From: the human T2T-CHM13v2.0 reference genome, Homo sapiens
DNA: 64,000 nt
Reading direction: 5' to 3' (one strand)
Assembly: GCF_009914755.1 (NCBI RefSeq)
Contig: NC_060929.1
How positions within the stretch are numbered: the first letter of the stretch is position 1; each line of letters starts with the position of its first letter. The notes under the pieces are model-generated. The model was not told the origin of the DNA, did no database searches, and saw only the letters and a program-made list of their open reading frames with translations. Position numbers and translations under genes: made by a program. Below, one piece after another: positions 29,324 to 41,392 of this stretch.

Positions 29324-32300
29324 AAGGGAAGTTCCTTTTAAAACATCGTGGTGTTTTTTTTTTTTATCTTACAATGACAAAAGCAATGTGTTTCTAGGCT
29401 GAGGCGATTGATTCTGTAGAGAGAGAAGAAAAGAGTGAGGTGCATTTCTGTATGATTCATCTTTCTGTTACTGCCATTTTGGGACCTATGTAGCATGCCC
29501 ACATTCCATGGGAAGCACTTTGCTTTACTGAGCCTGGAATTCCTTGAAGAACTCCATGTAAAACATTCAACAAATATTTGCAGAATGAAGCTCAATTAAA
29601 ACAGCATTGCTCTTCAAGTTTGGGTATCTGAACAAGAGTGCCTGGTACAGATGGCGTTTGTTGGTTAGAGGACCACAGCATTTGTGGAGTACAGGCCAAT
29701 AGCATTTAGAGGTAGAGCTCACAGCCAGGAACACCACACACGGGACACTTGGCCTGGCTGTGCTTATGAGGGTCTGCAGCCGCACGGGAGCATGTGACGT
29801 AGGACCGATTCCATCGAGCTGTGGAATAGGTAAATTTGGTCTCTGGCTTGCAATGTGATCTAAGCACACACCCAGTAATACATCATAGGGATGGCAAAGA
29901 GAGTTAGAAAAATCAACAGTTTTTCTGAATCAAGTTGGCATGAAGTTTGTTTAAAATTGGCTACCCATGCTGGGTGAGAATTTGCTGTACTTCATTGTTG
30001 CTGTGGGACAGACCCACCCATTCCCAGTGGAACAAAGGTGGTGTTTCTTTGCCTTTAGAAGACGTTTCTTCTTCATCCTCACTGGCCATGTTTACAACAG
30101 GAGCACTGTTTCCCGTGGCCGACGTGCATTGTCGGGGAGTTCATGAGAAAGTCATCAGCCTCCCATCCTCTCATGCTGTCGGGCGGAATCAAGTCATAAA
30201 TAGAGTCACTTGTCAAGCAGGACATCAATCTGTCCAGGTAGCCTCCACTTCCTGTCTCGGGCCATATGTGTCTGTTATTTATGTCAAGAAAATGGCATTT
30301 GCACAACCACTCTGGCTGTTTACAGAAGTTTGGTTCCTCTGGTTGAGCTGTGCGTGCTGTGTGCTCTTAGCTCACTGATAAGCCATGAGGTTGTGCAGTT
30401 TAAAATGTGCTTCCACATCCCTGATAGAATAAACAGGGCAGAGCCCACAGCACCATCTGCCCAGCCCAGCCAAAGCGAGGAGTGAGGGGAGGGGCAGGGG
30501 CTCCAACAGTGTTCTCTGGGTCCCTGGGAGGTTGGTGCATTTTTGCTGAGAGAGTGCTATGGTAAGTGATATTCCTTCTGACCATTTAAATTATAAGAAT
30601 TTTTTGTAGGTGGGGCATCAAGAAGCCTTAATGTCTGACCCTGTAAAGTTCTCCATTCAGAAGCACCTGGCCCAGCGTGTTCCTTTGCAGGTTTGCATTC
30701 TCTGCTCATCTGCTGTTGGAGTCTGTATTTGGCAATGCCAACTGGGAATCAGGGGAGACTTTTATGGTCAGAGGTTGTTCCTCAAATTCAAAATCAGTGA
30801 CTCAAAGAGAACTTGGCCTTGACCCGGCTGTGACTATTGCCTTCTCAATTAAACTAACATTCCTGCTTCCCCGTTTATACAACTGCAAGCACACAAAGTG
30901 GGAAAGACATACAGGAGGCTAAATTTGTTGATCTAAGATTGTTGAATAAGATTAGGATATCAAGAGTTATTTTCCAATTAATAGAGCATGACAAAAGGCA
31001 GGGATTTCATGTACTTTTATGTTATTAAATGCACTCATCACATGCACACACTTGCACACACCCACATATACAGCCAGCATTATCCTTTTCCTGGTAACCA
31101 CCCAGCTCTTCCATGGTGATTTCACATGAATGCTTCTATTTCATTTGGTGGCTCAGAAATTACTTTGATCTCTTTGAAAATAAAATAACTTAATTCTTAA
31201 GCATCAGCACTGTTCTTGATTTCTCTACATAGCCAAGGTTTAGGCAATTTAACTATGACATTATAAAATAGAAAAAAGTAGCCATCTGATTTTTTAAACG
31301 GAGATTCAAACAGCTTATATAATTTTAGTTTGTGGTATTTATCTTGGTTTGACAATGCAGTGTAGCTTCAATTTAACATCTACTGCAAGTTGGACCAAAA
31401 TTGAATATAGATCAGATCTTGAACGGATTGGAACAAATCCGTGGAACAAATTGGTCTGATTATATGGTATTGCATGGTGCATGAATTTTAAATTAAATAG
31501 TTTCTTGCCCTATTAAATGTTGCCAACAGTATTGTTGTGGTGAGTTATTTTCATTTCTTGTATATTTTCATATATACTTTTTTCTTTTATTAATCAATAT
31601 TTCTTTATTTAGATGGGATCATAGTTCAGGATCTCATTTCTCTCTCCCTCCTCTCTCTCTCTGAAGGGTCTATTTACATCATGTAAATTTTGAGAGTAAT
31701 TCTGTATTTTTCCCTTTAAGTGTGTTTCATCACATCATACCCTGTAACTCTCTTTGGGTTTGTTAGAAGGACAAATTGTGTCTTTTTACTGGAGAAAATC
31801 AACGCGGAGACTTTCTTTTTTGAGGCCCACATTAATATTTACTGTTTCTGTTTTGCTTCTGCGATCCAGCTTCAGACCACTTCCTGTTTGCCATGGTATT
31901 CCCAATGCCGGTATCCATTCAGGAATTTGAGATTCTGAGAAAACCAGGGAGAGGCCTGTGTTGCTGACGGGGCTGGGAAGGAGACTGTGGGAGGCCACTG
32001 TCTCGGGAGTGTGGTTGAGCCCTGCTCCCCCTGGGTGGCCACCCACAGCCTCAGATGCCCCACGCTTGTGCTTCTCGAGCCCCTTACTGGGCAGTGTTGT
32101 CTTGTTTCCACAGAGGAAACACAGTTTGGCAAAATTATATACGGTTTTGAAGTCTACCCATGGAAAGTGAAAACAGCATAGCTAGAGTCAGCCTCCTTTC
32201 AAAAACATGCTTTTTACTGTCATTTTGCCTGGTTTTCACTCTTTTACTTGTGCGCAGTAGTAAGTGCTTCAGTTCACAAAAGTGGCCAAAGCCGTCACAA

Positions 32301-33408
32301 CACCTCAGCGCGGTGGTGTGTCTTTTAACCCACGTGTTTGGGTGGGAATGCCTGTGAGGAGCACTGTTTGGGGCTGCTCTGTCAGACCCTGGCACACTCT
32401 CAGGGCCGCCTTGCACGAACCAGCCCTGCCCTCTCAGGGAGGAGCATCGGGAAAGCTGAGGCAAGCGCAGGGTCCAGTTGATCACAGTGCCCGTTGCCCA
32501 CCAGGCACTGGCTTTGCCTGTCATGAAGCTCTGGACTCAGCGTCTCAGGCATCCACACATCAGCCAGGAAGGGTGGATGGGGCACTCGAGGCTATGTGGG
32601 GCTTGAAGACCATGACAGAGGCGCTGGCCCAGAGCGGGCACAGCCAGGGTGCAGCATCCTGCCCTGCCATCTTCACCGTAGCCTCTGGGTTCCTCATGGC
32701 CAGATGCCACCTTGTTGATGAGACCTCTGTCTGCTCCCTCCAGCCCCGACCTTGGCAGAATTGGCTGCGATCTTGGTTTTGCTGGGTAATAACAATAACG
32801 ATGGCAATGTGAGACTGCTGTGCCTGGCACTTCTGAAGTCCCCTCATATAGTTGTCATGTAATTCTCCTTCAAGGTGCTGTTCCACTCACACTTACAACC
32901 CTGCAGTCCCTCGGTGAGGTCACAGAGAAAGCCACCAGAGGCTTCCAAAAGACGGAAGGACTTTTCGTTTTTGCTTTATCCATTCTTGTGTCATGTCAGG
33001 CATATGATAGGAACTTAATGAGTATTCATTACATTAGCATGGCGATCAAATGAATGCTATATGTGGAGAGAGTAGGGGTTTCAGTAAGAGCAGATTCCAG
33101 AATTTCTACACAGGCATGGCTTAGTTCATGTGACTCACACCTCAGTCAAGAAAAGGAGCATTTCCATCACCCAGAAATGTCTCTCATGCTCTTTCCAATC
33201 AATCCCTAGCTCCTGAGGACCCTGCTGCTCTGATTTCTCTCACACCACATTAGCCTTTCTGTTCTTGGACTTCATATAAATGGACTCATACGGAATTGCT
33301 CTGTTGTGCCCATTCTCTTTAGGTTAACATGTCTGTGAGATCCATCAATGCTGTTGTGTGTTCAGCAGCCTTTTCCTTGTTATTGAATAATGAATGTACC
33401 ACAGTGGG

Positions 33409-33783
33409 TGTGTTAATCCATTCTCACACTGCTAATAGACATACCTGAGACTGGGTAATTTATAAAGAAAGAGGTCTAATTGACTCACAGTTCAGTATGA
33501 CTGGGGAGGCCTCAGAAAACTTACAATCACGACAGAAGAGGAAACAAACATGTCCTTCTTCATATGGCAGCAACAAGGAGAAGCGCAGAGCAGAGGGGGT
33601 GGGGAAACCTCTTATAAAACCATAAGATCTCCTGAGAACTCACTCACTATCATCAGAACAGCGTGGAGGTAACTGCCCCCATGATTCAATTACCTCCCAC
33701 CTGGTCCCTCCCACGACATGTGGGGATGATGGGAAATACAATTCAAGATGAGATCTGGGTGAGGACATAGTCAAATCATATCA
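33409..33783 (-). mobile_element. THE1 (B/C-like) MaLR solo LTR
   Basis: acctgagactgggtaatttataaagaaagagg, gcccccatgattcaattacctcccac, caattcaagatgagat; TSD gtggg/gtagg. Confidence 0.93.
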
Positions 33784-34279
33784 GTAGGGTTATTCTTTCT
33801 CTAATGAATCCACAATTGGAGTGTTTCCAGCATAGAGCCATTTGTAAATAAAGGTCTGGGAACATTTTTATACAAGGTTTCTGTGTACATAAAAACCTTT
33901 TTGTGTTCATTTCTCTGGTAAATTACTAAGAGTGGAATTGCTCATTCTTAGAGTAAGTATATGCTTGACTTTATTTTCAAAATGCCAAAAGGTTTTCAAA
34001 GTGAAATACATGAGAATTTCAACAATATTGAAACTTGAATTGCTCCACATGTTCACCAACATTTGGTATTCTAAGTATTCTTCGTTTTAGTTATTGCTGG
34101 GTCTTAGTGGTTTCCCCTTGTGGTTTTAATTTGCACTTTCCTATTGACAAATGATGTGGAACGCCTTTTCCTATTCTCATTGGCTACTCACATATTTTTC
34201 TTTTTCACGTATATCTTCAAATAGTTTGCCTGTTTTTATTAGGTTGCCTGTGTTTGCATTATGAAATTGTACAGTTTGA

Positions 34280-34435
34280 AGCCAGCTTTGGTAGCCTGCA
34301 CCTGTAATCATATCTACCAGAGAAGCTGAAGTGTGAGGATTGCTTGAGCTTAGGAATGTGAGGCTGTAGTGAGCTATAATTGCACCACTGCACTCCAGCC
34401 GGGGCATCAGAGCAAGATCCCATCTCTGAAAAAAA
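34280..34435 (+). mobile_element. FRAM/FAM Alu monomer
   Basis: Single right-type monomer; TSD aaattg(t/g)acagtttg. Confidence 0.85.
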
Positions 34436-37214
34436 TTGGACAGTTTGTTTAGATGTTTCAGATACAGGTTCTCCATCAGATGTAGATATTGTAAACATAT
34501 TTTTTTCTGCTCTGTGGCTTGCATTTTTATTTTCTTAATGGTGTTTTCAATAGCATAATTTTTTAATTTTGGTAAAGGCCAATTTGTTCATTTCTTTTCT
34601 TTTTATACAGGAAGAAATATATTACAGAAATATACAGAAAATATATTACACAGAAATATATTACTTTTAATATTTTGTATCATATTTAAGAAATCTTTAC
34701 CAATTCCACATTTGTAAAGATTTTTTCCTATAGTTTCTTCTGAATGCTGTATGGATTTAGCAATTATATAGAACTCTATGATCCATCTCAAATTAATTTT
34801 TGAGTGTGGTGTGAGGTAAGGGATACATTTTTTTTCCATATCAATAGGCAGCTGTTTCAACAACATTTGTTGAAAAGACCTTTCTTCATCCACTGAATTC
34901 CCTCAACACCATTGTTGAAGTCAATTTTCACCACAGATGTGTGAGTCTATTTCTAGGCTCTTTCTATTTCATTGATCTGTTAGTCTGCCATCACTCCTAT
35001 ACCACACTACTTTGATCACTACAGATTCATAGCTAATTCTGAAACCAGAAAGTATAAACTCTGCAATTCTGCTCTATTTCCCATTTGTTTGGCTATTTTA
35101 GGTCCTTTACATTTCCATACATATTTTAGAATCTGCTTATAATTTCTGCATAAAACCTGTTAAGTTTTGCATTCTGTATATAAGTTAACCTTCATATTGC
35201 AAATATTACATAATGTTATTCTAATGTAACAGAAAAACTATATATAGCATCACCTTATGTATGAGCCAGTCCAAGACTAGAATTCAGTATCCTTCATAAT
35301 TTGTAACCTCAAGTTTGTTGTTTTAGAGAGGTCATTCTACTACTTTCCAAACATGCTAGTATTTTCTAATATCTGTGTTTCTTCTTCCTGTCCTTTATTA
35401 TCATATCTCAAATCAAAGAGTGTTTCCTCTCAAGGGTGGCGTCTAACCTCAGCCCCATTTTGCACAGCCTCCTGACTGAAAGTGGTCTGCCTTGCTTGGG
35501 CTGACTTTTCTGTGTGTCACTGGAACATCTGTGTGGCACTTGGCAGCTTGATGCCTCCCACTTTGCCTCTCTGGGCATGCAGCTCCCTCTGCAATGACAT
35601 TCTGAATGACTTGAGTGAAGCCGCCATGTTTTGCCTTTGTGGGCCACCGAGCAGCACTTCTCAAACCTGTAAATGACATATCACAGGTAGAAATGTTAAA
35701 CTGTACAGAGTAAATTAAGGAGGCTTTAGAAGAATGTGTGTAGAGTTTAGTGAACCGTTTAAAAATTTATACCGTTTAAAAATTGTATAAAATAAAAAAT
35801 AAACTTATTAGATAGTATATTGCATTTTGGGTTTGTGTATAACTTCCAATGAAAGTATTTTCTATTATTGGTAATAACAATTTGTTATTAGTATATTTTT
35901 AACCATCAAATATCTTGCATGAAATGACTATGCACAACTTATTTTTATGCCCTGGTGATTTTTTTTTTTTTTGGATTGTGGACCGTTATTAAGTTGAAAG
36001 TTGATTTGCACAAATAAGTACAAAATTTTGAACACTGTTCTTTAAAGCAACCATTGAAAAATTCACAATTGTATTCAAAGTGTCTGGCAGCTGTTCTTTA
36101 TCCTTCATGGACGCATGTAAGGGGCTTTCTTTTGAGATCACGTGAACAGAGTCAGTATTAGATGGAACTCGCTTACATGTAGGTCTCCAATTGCAGAGTC
36201 TGCCTGTGGCTCTCAGTCCACTACCAAAAGGGCACCTGTGCACTCCTAACGGAGGAGCATCCAATGTGGACCAACTGCCTGGAGCGATGCTGCCCACAGG
36301 TCCTCGTCTTTCCACCTGGGTCAGCCACAGCTTTCCTGGACCCATGGGCAGAAGCCCTGCTGGCCCCCAGCCATCTTCCGTGATCAGCAGTGTGCTCCTT
36401 GCAGAGGCCTCAAGAGGATAAGACCACCTGGGAGGATGGGTGCAGAGTCCCAGGGGGTTCTTCTCTCCCTCACTCACCACCATCGTGGGAGCACAGTTAA
36501 GCCCTGATAGGACTAGCTTCCCTTGAAGAGATGCACAGGAGGTTACTCTGGGAGAGAAGCACCTGTCCTGAGGTTGGAGCCACACCAGGGCTGCCTGGGG
36601 AACCTGCAGCTCCTTAGTAGCTCATCCATCCACCCAGGAGCCCTACCAAGTAACGTGTGGCCCGCAGACTCATGGCGCACGTGTCCCCTGGGAGCTGGCT
36701 AGAAAAGTAGACCCGGATTGGACTTGCCAATTCACAGTCTGCATTTTAACAGCTGCTTTGGGGGTTGGGGGATCCATGCCAGAGTCTGAAAAGCCCAGCC
36801 CCTGGTAAATCAAGGAAAAGGTCTGTCCAGGAGCCCCACGCCAAGTCTCCCTGTAATAAGTAGCTGCTGATGAATGAATGCACATTTTACAGGTTAGTAA
36901 GAAGAAGAGGAGGCTTCATTTTGTATCATTTGGAGAGTGATGAGTTTCAGACAGTGAGTCCTGAAAATGCCATGGAATTCAAGGCTGACTGCAGATTGTA
37001 CACTGGACACAGCCTCAAGACATCTAGGGTGAGAAAACCTGCAAACTGCATAGCCAGGCAGCAAGAGTGACTGCAGATGTGGGGATACTCATCACATAAA
37101 TAAACAAGTCAGGGGTGTGGATCTTTATCTGGGTGGAGGCATTGGGCAGGGTGGTAAAGTTGGTTTTAGATATTCTGAGTTTGAGAAACTCATGGCACTT
37201 CCAAGTTGCAATGC

Positions 37215-37400
37215 TGATTGTTCCATGATTCATGAGATAGCATGTGACCTTGGCAAATTTCTTAACTCCTCAGGAATTCTCATCCTCATCTGTGCAATGT
37301 GAACATTCACATCAGAAGGTATCTACAACTATTAAGTGAGACAAAGTACAGGCATTTTTCAGGCCTGGCACAAAACAAGAACTTGACAAATATTACCTAC
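37215..37400 (+). mobile_element. MIR SINE
   Basis: tgtgaccttggcaaatttcttaac..tcctcatctgtgcaatg core, ending gcctggcaca. Confidence 0.7.
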
Positions 37401-37449
37401 AATAAAGGTAAAAACATGAATAATAAAATGCAATGATGGGGTAAACTTC

Positions 37450-37682
37450 GTGTGTGTGTGTGTGTCTGTGTGTGTGTCTCTCTCTGTGTGTGTTTGTATG
37501 TGCATGTGTTTTTGTGTGTGTCTGTATGTGTTTGTATGTTGTGTGTATTTCCCTGTGTGTCTCTGTGTGTGTGTGTCTCTGTGTGTGTGTCTCTGTGTGT
37601 GTGTTTTTATGTGTGTGTGTCCGTGTGTATGTGTTTGTGTGTGTCTCTCTCTCTCTCTGTGTCTCTGTGTGTGTGTGTGTGT
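37450..37682. repeat. Compound (TG)n/(TC)n microsatellite, ~230 bp
   Basis: Interrupted TG runs with tctc spacers. Confidence 0.95.
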
Positions 37683-38199
37683 TCTACACATGGAATGAGT
37701 GCATTAGTGCAGAATTGATGGGGTATATTTTCCAAAGGTAAGGGAAGCTAGGCTTTTGATGCTATGTGTTTTTTTTTTATATTTTTAAAGATTTGTCTAT
37801 AGAGCACAACCTTGCCTTCACTCACGGTACACTGATAACTACAGACATGGTGATGAATAGATTCCTTATCTTTTATAGATGTCACTGAACACGTGACTTC
37901 TGTCTCCTGAGCACCACGCAGAGCTACAGAGATGAAAGCAGAATCCATTCAGTCCATAGTTACGGCCTTGGTCTGAGTCAATTGCCTGCCATTTGCCAGA
38001 GAAAGAATGAATGAAGACAACTTTGGATACAAGAATACTCGTGACAGTGATTTTCTCCCATCAACCATGCCAGCACTGAGGGGTATTCTCCGTATAATGT
38101 GAGGATATGCCCTCTCTTTTAGACCTGTTTCCCCCCAAAATATAGAAATATCACAGTAACATTTTACTTGTCAGAAATCCAAGCCGCTAACAAACTCAC

Positions 38200-38550
38200 T
38201 AAATTAGTTAATTTTCACATTGCTATAAAAAACTTCCCTGAGACTGGGTAATTTTAAAGGAAAGAGGTTTAACTGACTTACAGTTCCACATGGCTGGGAA
38301 GACTTCAGGAAACTTATAATCATGGCAGAAGGGGTAGCAGGCATCTTCTTAACAAGGCATCAGGAGGGAGAAGAACGAAGGAGGAACTTCTAAACACGCA
38401 TAAAACCATCAGATCTTGTGAAACTCATTCACTATCATGAGAACAGCATGGGGGAAACTGCCCCATGATCCAATCCCCTCCCAGCCTCGACACACAGGGA
38501 TTACAATTTGAGATGAGATTTGGGTGGGGATACAGAGCCAAACTGTATCA
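38200..38550 (-). mobile_element. THE1 (D-like) MaLR solo LTR
   Basis: cctgagactgggtaatttt, aatcatggcagaagg, actatcatgagaacagcatgggggaaac, gagatgagatttgggtggggatacagagccaaac. Confidence 0.92.
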
Positions 38551-38959
38551 CTGCCCTATAAAGAAGCCTCCCCGAAACAGAAAGCGAATGTAAGCATTTT
38601 CCCACGTGCACTTGAGGGAGATCTCAGCACCTGTGGACCATCCCCTGTGCCCGGCTATGCACATCTTCTTAGGCTGCTGCTCCTGAAGAACACTTACTCC
38701 CTGCAGAGTCTTCAGAGCCTACTAAACCACCTTCTGACCTGCTGCAGGGTAGAGGGTGTAGGAAAGAAGAGGTGGTCCTTCTGCAGGTCGGGAAGCCACC
38801 AGGGTCTGGTGTGTGCAGTGTGAGGCAGCCGAGTGCGAGGTCGGAAGGTCTGCTCAGGCCTCCTCATTCCCAGACTCCCCCTGTGATCTGTTCTTTCTTC
38901 CTGGAGTCAGACGCCACACACACCCCAAGGATCCCAGAGCTTCTACCATTGCTGCTGTC

Positions 38960-39200
38960 TCGTTGGAGCTCCAAACTTGCAGAGCCAGCTGTCTCTCAGC
39001 CACCTCTTCTCAGATGTCACACCAATATCACAAATTTGAAGCACTCAAACCTTCACTCTCAGTATCCACACATTCTCCCACCCCTAACATGCGATTTCTC
39101 TCCCACTCCCTATCTGGCCATCCAAAGCATAAACCTCTCCCCCAGCACAGCAACCACTAGGTCATGGTGACCTCATAGGGAGTGTCCCCCAGGTTGTCCA
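38960..39200 (+). mobile_element. L2 fragment
   Basis: ccagctgtctctcagccacctcttctcagatgtc..caaatttgaagcactcaaac, C-rich L2-like. Confidence 0.45.
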
Positions 39201-39460
39201 TTTTCCTCCATCCCCACCCTGGTCCGGGGCCCACCCATTTAACTTGGGTCCCTGAACCCGCCTCTGAGTTCCCTCTCCCTCTACTGTTTTACTGCTTCCA
39301 ATCCTTTCTCCATGACAGTCAGGGTGATTGTGCTCAGTGGCACATGTGATCCTGCTGCAGCTCTCTCTGGGTCTCCTTTTGTTCTTTGCACAGAATCCCA
39401 ACCCTAAGGGGTCACCCAACCCTCCTCATGCATTGCCTCTGGCTGACCCTGCAACCTAAT

Positions 39461-39789
39461 GTCCTGTCCCATATCCCCCCAGCCCAGTGTCTGAGCATGC
39501 TCACTTCATCTGGTTCCTTGGGGTTCAGCCTCCCCCACACCTCTGGGTTTGTCTGGACATCTGGACATCTTGTCCCACATTCCCCATCCCGGGCCTCCCC
39601 AGCCCAGCATATGAGCGTGCTCATTTCATCCTATTCCCCAGAGTTCAGCCTCCTTCACAGCTTTTGGTTTGTCTGGACATCTGGACAGCTTGTCCCGCAT
39701 CCCCCACTCCCCAGCCCAGCATCTGAACATGCTGATTTCATCTTGTTTCTCGGGGTTTAGGCTTCCCCCACACCTCTGGGTTCGCCTGG
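39461..39789. repeat. Diverged tandem repeat, ~112-120-bp unit, ~2.8 copies
   Basis: Units start ccccagcccag at 39477, 39597 and 39709; ggtttgtctggacatctggaca shared by the first two. Confidence 0.92.
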
Positions 39790-40039
39790 CAGCAGCAGCT
39801 TTTCTCCTCCCCACACTTTCTCTCCACTAAGAGGTACAACATCTTTTGGTTCCCAAGATGGCTGCCCCTTCTTTCATGAAGATTTCTGGGATCGCTGAAA
39901 TATGGAACAGACGCACCATGACACAGGCTTTCTCGGTAGCAGTGATAAGCCCGCTGCCCTTGTTCTTATGGTATAATATTGCAGTTGCTTGTTCGGTGGC
40001 TTTCTTCTCCCTTAGACTGCAGGAAAGGAAAGAGAAATG

Positions 40040-40230
40040 ACAGTAACCAGGCATCCTGCTAAGGACATTGCACATACTATGTCATTTAATCCTTAAAGCC
40101 TTTTTAAAAAAGTAACATTATTAACCCTACTTTGTGGATGAGAAACTGAGATTAAGAAAGAGTAAGTGATTTTTCCCCAAGTGATCTGGTGTGAAGGAGC
40201 CAAGAGTCAAGCTCAGGCAATGCAAGCGAC
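40040..40230 (-). mobile_element. MIR SINE
   Basis: tcatttaatcct..attattaaccctactttgtggatgagaaactgag core. Confidence 0.8.
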
Positions 40231-40689
40231 GCCCATCCCGGCTTCACTCAGCAGCAGGACCAGGCCTTCCCTTCTCCTGTGCTTCCAGGGTCTCCAGAGC
40301 TTAGAAAGTGCACAACAAAGTCCATGCTCAAGTTTCATGGGGTGCAAGCAAAATGAACAGACTATGACCAAAAAAACAGGGAGAATGTATTACTGTAGGG
40401 GACAAATGGGTGCCCCATGGAGAAACTGGGTTTAGAAGGGCAGGAGCCAGGGTGGTGGTCGGTTTTCAGGGAGCTCAAGAACAGCAGTGCAGAGTGCCGC
40501 TTCCTGGAGGGCTGTCCTCAAACACTCTCCCCGGAGTGCAAGTCCCTGTGAAGCGAGTGCCTGGAGGTCTCACTCAATTCCTGTGACACTCCCCTGTGGC
40601 TGGGCATATTGACCAACAGTGTCCCCAGGACTGCGTGGCCTGGATCAGATGCCACAATGACAACACCCTCAGGCCTTCAGTGGCAGACA

Positions 40690-40945
40690 GTACAGACACG
40701 GACCTATTCCTGAGTCTGATGGGTCTGGGTGAGCACATCTGGGCTGGGTTTGACTGATCTCAGCTCACTGGCGCATCTGCGGTTGCTGCACGTGTGTGTG
40801 TTAGGCGGCTCTGCCGATTTGGGCTGGGCTTGCCCACCAGCTGGCTGACCTAGAACCACCTGGGTGGGACCCTGGGTGACCCCCCTCGGGGCCTGTGCCA
40901 TCCTCCAGTAGATCATCCCGGGGAACACGGGCATGGTGGCAGAGC
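40690..40945 (-). mobile_element. MLT1F/G/H-type LTR fragment
   Basis: ctgatctcagc..gcatctgcggt..ggcggctctgccgatttgggctgggct..catcctccagtag..catggtggcagag. Confidence 0.6.
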
Positions 40946-40954
40946 ACCAGCAGG

Positions 40955-41392
40955 GAGACCATCTCTTCTGCAAATGGTTGAGGGAACTGGATCATGCAAA
41001 AGAATGAAATTGCACCCTTATACCAGACACAAAAATCCACTCCAGATGGATTAAAGGCTTAATCATAAGACCCCAAACTGCAAAAGTCCTAGAAGAAAAC
41101 ATAGCGAAACATCTTCCAGACATTGGTCTTGGCAGTGATTTCCTTGATATGACCCCAAAGCACAGGAAACAAAAGCAAAAATAGGCAAGTGACACTAAGC
41201 TTGCTCAAACTAAAAAAGCTCCTGCAAGCAAAGGGCGCAATCAACAGAATGAAAAGGCAGCGTGTAGGATGGGGAAAATATTTGCAAGTTATAAATCGGA
41301 TTGAGTTAATATCCTAAATATATTAGGAACTGCTATAACTCCACAGCAAAATAATAATAAAAATAATAACATGACTAAAACATGGGTAAATT
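40955..41392 (+). mobile_element. L1MA/MB ORF2 3' fragment
   Basis: catgcaaaagaatgaaattg, cctagaagaaaacatag, gacattggtcttggcagtgattt, aatcaacagaatgaaaaggca. Confidence 0.88.

Larger units (their letters stand above)
33130..35175 (-). mobile_element. Old L1M (ME/MD-type) 3' fragment hosting THE1 and FRAM
   Basis: catttccatcacccagaaa, ttcatataaatggactcatac, gagtggaattgct, ttgtggttttaatttgcactttc, caacatttgttgaaaagacc. Confidence 0.8.

Noticed and set aside
35754-35784. accgtttaaaaatt direct repeat
   Set aside because: Ordinary 17-bp-period slippage duplication
37359-37741. Cys/Val- and His/Thr-rich ORFs
   Set aside because: Translation of the TG microsatellite
39461-39789. Possible CRISPR-like repeat-spacer array
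   Set aside because: Whole units are homologous with no unique spacers; eukaryotic context and no cas genes
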